In this document: positions 51,701-64,000 of the stretch, piece after piece
Numbering within the stretch: the first letter of the stretch is position 1
Layout of the letters: each line of letters opens with the position of its first letter
Origin: Eledone cirrhosa
Taxonomy: Eukaryota
Direction of reading: 5' to 3'
NCBI GenBank assembly: GCA_964016885.1
Contig: OZ024750.1
Coordinates: 31,000,001 to 31,064,000, forward strand
Length of the DNA stretch: 64,000 nt
Made by a program: the position numbers and the translations under genes
The notes under the pieces: model-generated
Database searches by the model: none
Told to the model about the DNA's origin: nothing
What the model saw: the letters and a program-made list of their open reading frames with translations, nothing else

Positions 51701-54700
51701 ACCTCTCTCAGAAGAGATAGACCGAGTGTACACTAACATAACATGTAGAAACCTCTCCCAGAAGAGATATACCTAGTGTACACTAACATAACATGTAGAA
51801 ACCTCTCTCAGAAGAGATAGACCTAGTGTACACTAACATAACATGTAGAAACCTCTCTCAGAAGAGAAAGACCTAGTGTACACTAACATAACATGTAGAA
51901 ACCTCTCTCAGAAGAGATAAACCTAGTGTACACTAACATAACATGTAGAAACCTCTCCCAGAAGAGAAAGACCTAGTGTACACTAACATAACATGTAGAA
52001 ACCTCTCTCAGAAGAGATAGACCTAGTGTACACTAACATAACATGTAGAAACCTCTCTCAGAAGAGATAAACCTAGTGTACACTAACATAACATGTACAG
52101 ACCTCTCCCAGAAGAGATAGACCTAGTGTACACTAACATAACATGTAGAAACCTCTCTCAGAAGAGATAGACCTAGTGTACACTAACATAACATGTAGAA
52201 ACCTCTCCCAGAAGAGATAGACCTAGTGTACACTAACATAACATGTAGAAACCTCTCCCAGAAGAGATAGACCTAGTGTACACTAACATAACATGTAGAA
52301 ACCTCTCTCAGAAGAGATAGATCTAGTGTACACTAACATAACATGTAGAAACCTCTCCCAGAAGAGATAGACCTAGTGTACATTAACATAACATGTACAG
52401 ACCTCTCTCAGAAGAGATAGACCTAGTGAACACTAACATAACATGTACAGACCTCTCCCAGAAGAGATAGACCTAGTGTACACTAACATAACATGTAGAA
52501 ACCTCTCCCAGAAGAGATAGACCTAGTGTACACTAACATAACATGTACAGACCTCTCTCAGAAGAGATAGACTTAGTGTACACTAACATAACATGTAGAA
52601 ACCTCTCTCAGAAGAGATAGACCTAGTGTACACTAACATAACATGTACAGACCTCTCTCAGAAGAGATAGACCTAGTGTACACTATCATAACATGTAGAA
52701 ACCTCTCTCAGAAGAGATAAACCTAGTGTACACTAACATAACATGTAGAAACCTCTCTCAGAAGAGATAGACCGAGTGTACACTAACATAACATGTAGAA
52801 ACCTCTCCCAGAAGAGATATACCTAGTGTACACTAACATAACATGTAGAAACCTCTCTCAGAAGAGATAGACCTAGTGTACACTAACATAACATGTAGAA
52901 ACCTCTCTCAGAAGAGAAAGACCTAGTGTACACTAACATAACATGTAGAAACCTCTCTCAGAAGAGATAAACCTAGTGTACACTAACATAACATGTAGAA
53001 ACCTCTCCCAGAAGAGAAAGACCTAGTGTACACTAACATAACATGTAGAAACCTCTCTCAGAAGAGATAGACCTAGTGTACACTAACATAACATGTAGAA
53101 ACCTCTCTCAGAAGAGATAAACCTAGTGTACACTAACATAACATGTACAGACCTCTCCCAGAAGAGATAGACCTAGTGTACACTAACATAACATGTAGAA
53201 ACCTCTCTCAGAAGAGATAGACCTAGTGTACACTAACATAACATGTAGAAACCTCTCCCAGAAGAGATAGACCTAGTGTACACTAACATAACATGTAGAA
53301 ACCTCTCCCAGAAGAGATAGACCTAGTGTACACTAACATAACATGTAGAAACCTCTCTCAGAAGAGATAGATCTAGTGTACACTAACATAACATGTAGAA
53401 ACCTCTCCCAGAAGAGATAGACCTAGTGTACACTAACATAACATGTACAGACCTCTCCCAGAAGAGATAGACCTAGTGTACACTAACATAACATGTACAG
53501 ACGTCTCCCAGAAGAGATAGACCTAGTGTACACTAACATAACATGTAGAAACCTCTCTCAGAAGAGATAGACCTAGTGTACACTAACATAACGTGTACAG
53601 ACCTCTCCCAGAAGAGATAGACCTAGTGTACACTAACATAACATGTACAGACCTCTCTCAGAAGGGATAGACCTAGTGTACACTAACATAACATGTAGAA
53701 ACCTCTCCCAGAAGAGATAAACCTAGTGTACACTAACATAACATGTACAGACCTCTCTCAGAAGAGATAAACCTAGTGTACACTAACATAACATGTAGAA
53801 ACCTCTCCCAGAATAGATAAACCTAGTGTACACTAACATAACATGTAGAAACCTCTCCCAGAAGAGATAAACCTAGTGTACACTAACATAACATGTACAG
53901 ACCTCTCTCAGAAGAGATAAACCTAGTGTACACTAAAATAAGATGTAAAGACCTCTCTCAGAAGAGATAGACCTAGTGTACACTAACATAACATGGACAG
54001 ACCTCTCTCAGAAGAGATAGACCTAGTGTACACTAACATAACATGTAGAAACCTCTCTCAGAAGGGATAGACCTAGTGTACACTAACATAACATGTAGAA
54101 ACCTCTCTCAGAAGGGATAGACTTAGTGTACACTAACATAACATGTAGAAACCTCTCCCAGAAGGGATAGACCTAGTGTACACTAACATAACATGTAGAA
54201 ACCTCTCTCAGAAGGGATAGACCTAGTGTACACTAACATAACATGTAGAAACCTCTCTCAGAAGGGATAGACCTAGTGTACACTAACATAACATGTAGAA
54301 ACCTCTCTCAGAAGGGATAGACCTAGTGTACACTAACATAACATGTAGAAACCTCTCTCAGAAGGGATAGACCTAGTGTACACTAACATAACATGTAGAA
54401 ACCTCTCCCAGAAGAGATAGACCTAGTGTACACTAACATAACATGTAGAAACCTCTCTCAGAAGGGATAGACCTAGGGTACACTAACATAACATGTAGAA
54501 ACCTCTCTCAGAAGGGATAGACCTAGTGTACACTAACATAACATGTAGAAACCTCTCCCAGAAGAGATAGACCTAGTGTACATTAACATAACATGTACAG
54601 ACCTCTCTCAGAAGAGATAGACCTAGTGTACACTAACATAACATGTACAGACCTCTCCCAGAAGAGATAGACCTAGTGTACACTAACATAACATGTAGAA

Positions 54701-57700
54701 ACCTCTCCCAGAAGAGATAGACCTAGTGTACACTAACATAACATGTACAGACATCTCTCAGAAGAGATAGACTTAGTGTACACTAACATAACATGTAGAA
54801 ACCTCTCTCAGAAGAGATAGACCTAGTGTACACTAACATAACATGTACAGACCTCTCTCAGAAGAGATAGACCTAGTGTACACTATCATAACATGTAGAA
54901 ACCTCTCTCAGAAGAGATAAACCTAGTGTACACTAACATAACATGTAGAAACCTCTCTCAGAAGAGATAGACCGAGTGTACACTAACATAACATGTAGAA
55001 ACCTCTCCCAGAAGAGATATACCTAGTGTACACTAACATAACATGTAGAAACCTCTCCCAGAAGAGATAGACCTAGTGTACACTAACATAACATGTAGAA
55101 ACCTCTCTCAGAAGAGATAGACCTAGTGTACACTAACATAACATGTAGAAACCTCTCCCAGAAGAGATAGACCTAGTGTACACTAACATAACATGTAGAA
55201 ACCTCTCTCAGAAGGGATAGACCTAGGGTACACTAACATAACATGTAGAAACCTCTCTCAGAAGGGATAGACCTAGTGTACACTAACATAACATGTAGAA
55301 ACCTCTCCCAGAAGAGATAGACCTAGTGTACATTAACATAACATGTACAGACCTCTCTCAGAAGAGATAGACCTAGTGAACACTAACATAACATGTACAG
55401 ACCTCTCCCAGAAGAGATAGACCTAGTGTACACTAACATAACATGTAGAAACCTCTCCCAGAAGAGATAGACCTAGTGTACACTAACATAACATGTACAG
55501 ACCTCTCTCAGAAGAGATAGACTTAGTGTACACTAACATAACATGTAGAAACCTCTCTCAGAAGAGATAGACCTAGTGTACACTAACATAACATGTACAG
55601 ACCTCTCTCAGAAGAGATAGACCTAGTGTACACTATCATAACATGTAGAAACCTCTCTCAGAAGAGATAAACCTAGTGTACACTAACATAACATGTAGAA
55701 ACCTCTCTCAGAAGAGATAGACCGAGTGTACACTAACATAACATGTAGAAACCTCTCTCAGAAGAGATAGACCTAGTGTACACTAACATAACATGTAGAA
55801 ACCTCTCTCAGAAGAGAAAGACCTAGTGTACACTAACATAACATGTAGAAACCTCTCTCAGAAGAGATAAACCTAGTGTACACTAACATAACATGTAGAA
55901 ACCTCTCCCAGAAGAGAAAGACCTAGTGTACACTAACATAACATGTAGAAACCTCTCTCAGAAGAGATAGACCTAGTGTACACTAACATAACATGTAGAA
56001 ACCTCTCTCAGAAGAGATAAACCTAGTGTACACTAACATAACATGTACAGACCTCTCCCAGAAGAGATAGACCTAGTGTACACTAACATAACATGTAGAA
56101 ACCTCTCTCAGAAGAGATAGACCTAGTGTACACTAACATAACATGTAGAAACCTCTCCCAGAAGAGATAGACCTAGTGTACACTAACATAACATGTAGAA
56201 ACCTCTCCCAGAAGAGATAGACCTAGTGTACACTAACATAACATGTAGAAACCTCTCTCAGAAGAGATAGATCTAGTGTACACTAACATAACATGTAGAA
56301 ACCTCTCCCAGAAGAGATAGACCTAGTGTACACTAACATAACATGTACAGACCTCTCCCAGAAGAGATAGACCTAGTGTACACTAACATAACATGTACAG
56401 ACGTCTCCCAGAAGAGATAGACCTAGTGTACACTAACATAACATGTAGAAACCTCTCTCAGAAGAGATAGACCTAGTGTACACTAACATAACGTGTACAG
56501 ACCTCTCCCAGAAGAGATAGACCTAGTGTACACTAACATAACATGTACAGACCTCTCTCAGAAGGGATAGACCTAGTGTACACTAACATAACATGTAGAA
56601 ACCTCTCCCAGAAGAGATAAACCTAGTGTACACTAACATAACATGTACAGACCTCTCTCAGAAGAGATAGACCTAGTGTACACTAACATAACATGTAGAA
56701 ACCTCTCCCAGAAGAGATAGACCTAGTGTACACTAACATAACATGTAGAAACCTCTCTCAGAAGAGATAGACCTAGTGTACACTAACATAACATGTACAG
56801 ACCTCTCCCAGAAGAGATAGACCTAGTGTACACTAAAATAAGATGTACAGACCTCTCTCAGAAGAGATAGACCTAGTGTACACTAACATAACATGTAGAA
56901 ACCTCTCCCAGAAGAGATAGACCTAGTGTACACTAACATAAGATGTACAGACCTCTCCCAGAAGAGATAGACCTAGTGTACACTAACATAACATGTAGAA
57001 ACCTCTCCCAGAAGAGATAGACCTAGTGTACAATAACATAAGATGTACAGACCTCTCTCAGAAGAGATAGACCTCGTGTACACTAACATAACATGTAGAA
57101 ACCTCTCCCAGAAGGGATAGACCTAGTGTACACTAACATAACATGTAGAAACCTCTCTCAGAAGGGATAGACCTAGTGTACACTAACATAACATGTAGAA
57201 ACCTCTCTCAGAAGGGATAGACCTAGTGTACACTAACATAACATGTAGAAACCTCTCTCAGAAGGGATAGACCTAGTGTACACTAACATAACATGTGGAA
57301 ACCTCTCTCAGAAGGGATAGACCTAGTGTACACTAACATAACATGTAGAAACCTCTCCCAGAAGAGATAGACCTAGTGTACACTAACATAACATGTAGAA
57401 ACCTCTCTCAGAAGGGATAGACCTAGGGTACACTAACATAACATGTAGAAACCTCTCTCAGAAGGGATAGACCTAGTGTACACTAACATAACATGTAGAA
57501 ACCTCTCCCAGAAGAGATAGACCTAGTGTACATTAACATAACATGTACAGACCTCTCTCAGAAGAGATAGACCTAGTGAACACTAACATAACATGTACAG
57601 ACCTCTCCCAGAAGAGATAGACCTAGTGTACACTAACATAACATGTAGAAACCTCTCCCAGAAGAGATAGACCTAGTGTACACTAACATAACATGTACAG

Positions 57701-60700
57701 ACCTCTCTCAGAAGAGATAGACTTAGTGTACACTAACATAACATGTAGAAACCTCTCTCAGAAGAGATAGACCTAGTGTACACTAACATAACATGTACAG
57801 ACCTCTCTCAGAAGAGATAGACCTAGTGTACACTATCATAACATGTAGAAACCTCTCTCAGAAGAGATAAACCTAGTGTACACTAACATAACATGTAGAA
57901 ACCTCTCTCAGAAGAGATAGACCGAGTGTACACTAACATAACATGTAGAAACCTCTCCCAGAAGAGATATACCTAGTGTACACTAACATAACATGTAGAA
58001 ACCTCTCTCAGAAGAGATAGACCTAGTGTACACTAACATAACATGTAGAAACCTCTCTCAGAAGAGAAAGACCTAGTGTACACTAACATAACATGTAGAA
58101 ACCTCTCTCAGAAGAGATAAACCTAGTGTACACTAACATAACATGTAGAAACCTCTCCCAGAAGAGAAAGACCTAATGTACACTAACATAACATGTAGAA
58201 ACCTCTCTCAGAAGAGATAGACCTAGTGTACACTAACATAACATGTAGAAACCTCTCTCAGAAGAGATAAACCTAGTGTACACTAACATAACATGTACAG
58301 ACCTCTCCCAGAAGAGATAGACCTAGTGTACACTAACATAACATGTAGAAACCTCTCTCAGAAGAGATAGACCTAGTGTACACTAACATAACATGTAGAA
58401 ACCTCTCCCAGAAGAGATAGACCTAGTGTACACTAACATAACATGTAGAAACCTCTCCCAGAAGAGATAGACCTAGTGTACACTAACATAACATGTAGAA
58501 ACCTCTCTCAGAAGAGATAGATCTAGTGTACACTAACATAACATGTAGAAACCTCTCCCAGAAGAGATAGACCTAGTGTACACTAACATAACATGTACAG
58601 ACCTCTCCCAGAAGAGATAGACCTAGTGTACACTAACATAACATGTACAGACGTCTCCCAGAAGAGATAGACCTAGTGTACACTAACATAACATGTAGAA
58701 ACCTCTCTCAGAAGAGATAGACCTAGTGTACACTAACATAACGTGTACAGACCTCTCCCAGAAGAGATAGACGACCTAGTGTACACTAACATAACATGTA
58801 CAGACCTCTCTCAGAAGGGATAGACCTAGTGTACACTAACATAACATGTAGAAACCTCTCCCAGAAGAGATAAACCTAGTGTACACTAACATAACATGTA
58901 CAGACCTCTCTCAGAAGAGATAGACCTAGTGTACACTAACATAACATGTAGAAACCTCTCCCAGAAGAGATAGACCTAGTGTACACTAACATAACATGTA
59001 GAAACCTCTCTCAGAAGAGATAGACCTAGTGTACACTAACATAACATGTACAGACCTCTCCCAGAAGAGATAGACCTAGTGTACACTAAAATAAGATGTA
59101 CAGACCTCTCTCAGAAGAGATAGACCTAGTGTACACTAACATAACATGTAGAAACCTCTCCCAGAAGAGATAGACCTAGTGTACACTAACATAAGATGTA
59201 CAGACCTCTCCCAGAAGAGATAGACCTAGTGTACACTAACATAACATGTAGAAACCTCTCCCAGAAGAGATAGACCTAGTGTACAATAACATAAGATGTA
59301 CAGACCTCTCTCAGAAGAGATAGACCTCGTGTACACTAACATAACATGTAGAAACCTCTCCCAGAAGAGATAGACCTAGTGTACACTAACATAACATGTA
59401 CAGACCTCTCCCAGAAGAGATAGACCTAGTGTACACTAAAATAAGATGTACAGACCTCTCTCAGAAGAGATAGACCTAGTGTACACTAACATAACATGTA
59501 CAGACCTCTCTCAGAAGAGATAGATCTAGTGTACACTAACATAACATGTACAGACCTCTCTCAGAAGAGATAGACCTAGTGTACACTAACATAACATGTA
59601 CAGACCTCTCTCAGAAGAGATAGACCTAGTGTACACTAACATAACATGTACAGACCTCTCTCAGAAGAGACAGACCTAGTCTACTCTAACATAAGATGTA
59701 CAGACCTCTCTCAGAAGAGATAAACCTAGTGTACACTAACATAACAGGTACAGAACTCTCTCAGAAGAGATAGACCTAGTGTACACTAACATAACATGTA
59801 GAAACCTCTCCCAGAAGAGATAAACCTAGTGTACACTAACATAACATGTACAGACCTCTCTCAGAAGAGATAAACCTAGTGTACACTAACATAACATGTA
59901 GAAATCTCTCCCAGAATAGATAAACCTAGTGTACACTAACATAACATGTAGAAACCTCTCCCAGAAGAGATAAACCTAGTGTACACTAACATAACATGTA
60001 CAGACCTCTCTCAGAAGAGATAAACCTAGTGTACACTAAAATAAGATGTAAAGACCTCTCTCAGAAGAGATAGACCTAGTGTACACTAACATAACATGGA
60101 CAGACCTCTCTCAGAAGAGATAGACCTAGTGTACACTAACATAACATGTAGAAACCTCTCTCAGAAGGGATAGACCTAGTGTACACTAACATAACATGTA
60201 GAAACCTCTCTCAGAAGGGATAGACTTAGTGTACACTAACATAACATGTAGAAACCTCTCCCAGAAGGGATAGACCTAGTGTACACTAACATAACATGTA
60301 GAAACCTCTCTCAGAAGGGATAGACCTAGTGTACACTAACATAACATGTAGAAACCTCTCTCAGAAGGGATAGACCTAGTGTACACTAACATAACATGTA
60401 GAAACCTCTCTCAGAAGGGATAGACTTAGTGTACACTAACATAACATGTAGAAACCTCTCTCAGAAGGGATAGACCTAGTGTACACTAACATAACATGTA
60501 GAAACCTCTCCCAGAAGAGATAGACCTAGTGTACACTAACATAACATGTAGAAACCTCTCTCAGAAGGGATAGACCTAGGGTACACTAACATAACATGTA
60601 GAAACCTCTCTCAGAAGGGATAGACCTAGTGTACACTAACATAACATGTAGAAACCTCTCCCAGAAGAGATAGACCTAGTGTACATTAACATAACATGTA

Positions 60701-63700
60701 CAGACCTCTCTCAGAAGAGATAGACCTAGTGTACACTAACATAACATGTACAGACCTCTCCCAGAAGAGATAGACCTAGTGTACACTAACATAACATGTA
60801 GAAACCTCTCCCAGAAGAGATAGACCTAGTGTACACTAACATAACATGTACAGACATCTCTCAGAAGAGATAGACTTAGTGTACACTAACATAACATGTA
60901 GAAACCTCTCTCAGAAGAGATAGACCTAGTGTACACTAACATAACATGTACAGACCTCTCTCAGAAGAGATAGACCTAGTGTACACTATCATAACATGTA
61001 GAAACCTCTCTCAGAAGAGATAAACCTAGTGTACACTAACATAACATGTAGAAACCTCTCTCAGAAGAGATAGACCGAGTGTACACTAACATAACATGTA
61101 GAAACCTCTCCCAGAAGAGATATACCTAGTGTACACTAACATAACATGTAGAAACCTCTCTCAGAAGAGATAGACCTAGTGTACACTAACATAACATGTA
61201 GAAACCTCTCTCAGAAGAGAAAGACCTAGTGTACACTAACATAACATGTAGAAACCTCTCTCAGAAGAGATAAACCTAGTGTACACTAACATAACATGTA
61301 GAAACCTCTCCCAGAAGAGAAAGACCTAGTTTACACTAACATAACATGTAGAAACCTCTCTCAGAAGAGATAGACCTAGTGTACACTAACATAACATGTA
61401 GAAACCTCTCTCAGAAGAGATAAACCTAGTGTACACTAACATAACATGTACAGACCTCTCCCAGAAGAGATAGACCTAGTGTACACTAACATAACATGTA
61501 GAAACCTCTCTCAGAAGAGATAGACCTAGTGTACACTAACATAACATGTAGAAACCTCTCCCAGAAGAGATAGACCTAGTGTACACTAACATAACATGTA
61601 GAAACCTCTCCCAGAAGAGATAGACCTAGTGTACACTAACATAACATGTAGAAACCTCTCTCAGAAGAGATAGACCTAGTGTACACTAACATAACATGTA
61701 GAAACCTCTCCCAGAAGAGATAGACCTAGTGTACACTAACATAACATGTACAGACCTCTCCCAGAAGAGATAGACCTAGTGTACACTAACATAACATGTA
61801 CAGACGTCTCCCAGAAGAGATAGACCTAGTGTACACTAACATAACATGTAGAAACCTCTCTCAGAAGAGATAGACCTAGTGTACACTAACATAACATGTA
61901 CAGACCTCTCCCAGAAGAGATAGACCTAGTGTACACTAACATAACATGTACAGACCTCTCTCAGAAGAGATAAACCTAGTGTACACTAACATAACATGTA
62001 GAAATCTCTCCCAGAATAGATAAACCTAGTGTACACTAACATAACATGTAGAAACCTCTCCCAGAAGAGATAAACCTAGTGTACACTAACATAACATGTA
62101 CAGACCTCTCTCAGAAGAGATAAACCTAGTGTACACTAAAATAAGATGTAAAGACCTCTCTCAGAAGAGATAGACCTAGTGTACACTAACATAACATGGA
62201 CAGACCTCTCTCAGAAGAGATAGACCTAGTGTACACTAACATAACATGTAGAAACCTCTCTCAGAAGGGATAGACCTAGTGTACACTAACATAACATGTA
62301 GAAACCTCTCTCAGAAGGGATAGACTTAGTGTACACTAACATAACATGTAGAAACCTCTCCCAGAAGGGATAGACCTAGTGTACACTAACATAACATGTA
62401 GAAACCTCTCTCAGAAGGGATAGACCTAGTGTACACTAACATAACATGTAGAAACCTCTCTCAGAAGGGATAGACCTAGTGTACACTAACATAACATGTA
62501 GAAACCTCTCTCAGAAGGGATAGACTTAGTGTACACTAACATAACATGTAGAAACCTCTCTCAGAAGGGATAGACCTAGTGTACACTAACATAACATGTA
62601 GAAACCTCTCCCAGAAGAGATAGACCTAGTGTACACTAACATAACATGTAGAAACCTCTCTCAGAAGGGATAGACCTAGGGTACACTAACATAACATGTA
62701 GAAACCTCTCTCAGAAGGGATAGACCTAGTGTACACTAACATAACATGTAGAAACCTCTCCCAGAAGAGATAGACCTAGTGTACATTAACATAACATGTA
62801 CAGACCTCTCTCAGAAGAGATAGACCTAGTGTACACTAACATAACATGTACAGACCTCTCCCAGAAGAGATAGACCTAGTGTACACTAACATAACATGTA
62901 GAAACCTCTCCCAGAAGAGATAGACCTAGTGTACACTAACATAACATGTACAGACATCTCTCAGAAGAGATAGACTTAGTGTACACTAACATAACATGTA
63001 GAAACCTCTCTCAGAAGAGATAGACCTAGTGTACACTAACATAACATGTACAGACCTCTCTCAGAAGAGATAGACCTAGTGTACACTATCATAACATGTA
63101 GAAACCTCTCTCAGAAGAGATAAACCTAGTGTACACTAACATAACATGTAGAAACCTCTCTCAGAAGAGATAGACCGAGTGTACACTAACATAACATGTA
63201 GAAACCTCTCCCAGAAGAGATATACCTAGTGTACACTAACATAACATGTAGAAACCTCTCTCAGAAGAGATAGACCTAGTGTACACTAACATAACATGTA
63301 GAAACCTCTCTCAGAAGAGAAAGACCTAGTGTACACTAACATAACATGTAGAAACCCCTCTCAGAAGAGATAAACCTAGTGTACACTAACATAACATGTA
63401 GAAACCTCTCCCAGAAGAGAAAGACCTAGTTTACACTAACATAACATGTAGAAACCTCTCTCAGAAGAGATAGACCTAGTGTACACTAACATAACATGTA
63501 GAAACCTCTCTCAGAAGAGATAAACCTAGTGTACACTAACATAACATGTACAGACCTCTCCCAGAAGAGATAGACCTAGTGTACACTAACATAACATGTA
63601 GAAACCTCTCTCAGAAGAGATAGACCTAGTGTACACTAACATAACATGTAGAAACCTCTCCCAGAAGAGATAGACCTAGTGTACACTAACATAACATGTA

Positions 63701-64000
63701 GAAACCTCTCCCAGAAGAGATAGACCTAGTGTACACTAACATAACATGTACAGACCTCTCCCAGAAGAGATAGACCTAGTGTACACTAACATAACATGTA
63801 CAGACGTCTCCCAGAAGAGATAGACCTAGTGTACACTAACATAACATGTAGAAACCTCTCTCAGAAGAGATAGACCTAGTGTACACTAACATAACATGTA
63901 CAGACCTCTCCCAGAAGAGATAGACCTAGTGTACACTAACATAACATGTACAGACCTCTCTCAGAAGGGATAGACCTAGTGTACACTAACATAACATGTA
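27721..64000. repeat. 50-bp satellite array, ~725 units, consensus acctctcYcagaagRgatagacctagtgtacactaacataacatgtaSaR; continues past window end
   Basis: Strict 50-bp period. Units differ at only a few positions, there are no spacers, and the ORF track is empty over the array. Confidence 0.99.

Noticed and set aside
27721-64000. CRISPR-like array (palindromic repeats at regular spacing)
   Set aside because: There are no unique spacers: the whole 50 bp repeats. No cas genes are present and the context is eukaryotic.

Overview
AT-rich eukaryotic genomic DNA. The SINE, RTE and microsatellite content looks molluscan, most like octopus/cephalopod; this is an inference from repeat families and was not verified. 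Bases 1-27.7 kb are a repeat-dense region with no intact gene. It holds about 20 tRNA-derived SINEs (many with a Deu/Nin-like core, several with clear TSDs), RTE and Tx1-like LINE remnants, a TA-flanked Tc1/mariner-type MITE, three long fold-back elements (two in (TA)n tracts, with hammerhead-like motifs), two minisatellites, an orphan 28S rDNA fragment, and scattered stop-riddled exon-like segments on the minus strand. Bases 27,721-64,000 are one uninterrupted, very homogeneous 50-bp satellite of about 725 units that runs off the window end. It carries an internal 12-bp palindrome, has only two visible phase-shifting indels, and shows kb-scale block duplications. No CRISPR array, prokaryotic system or intact CDS is supported.
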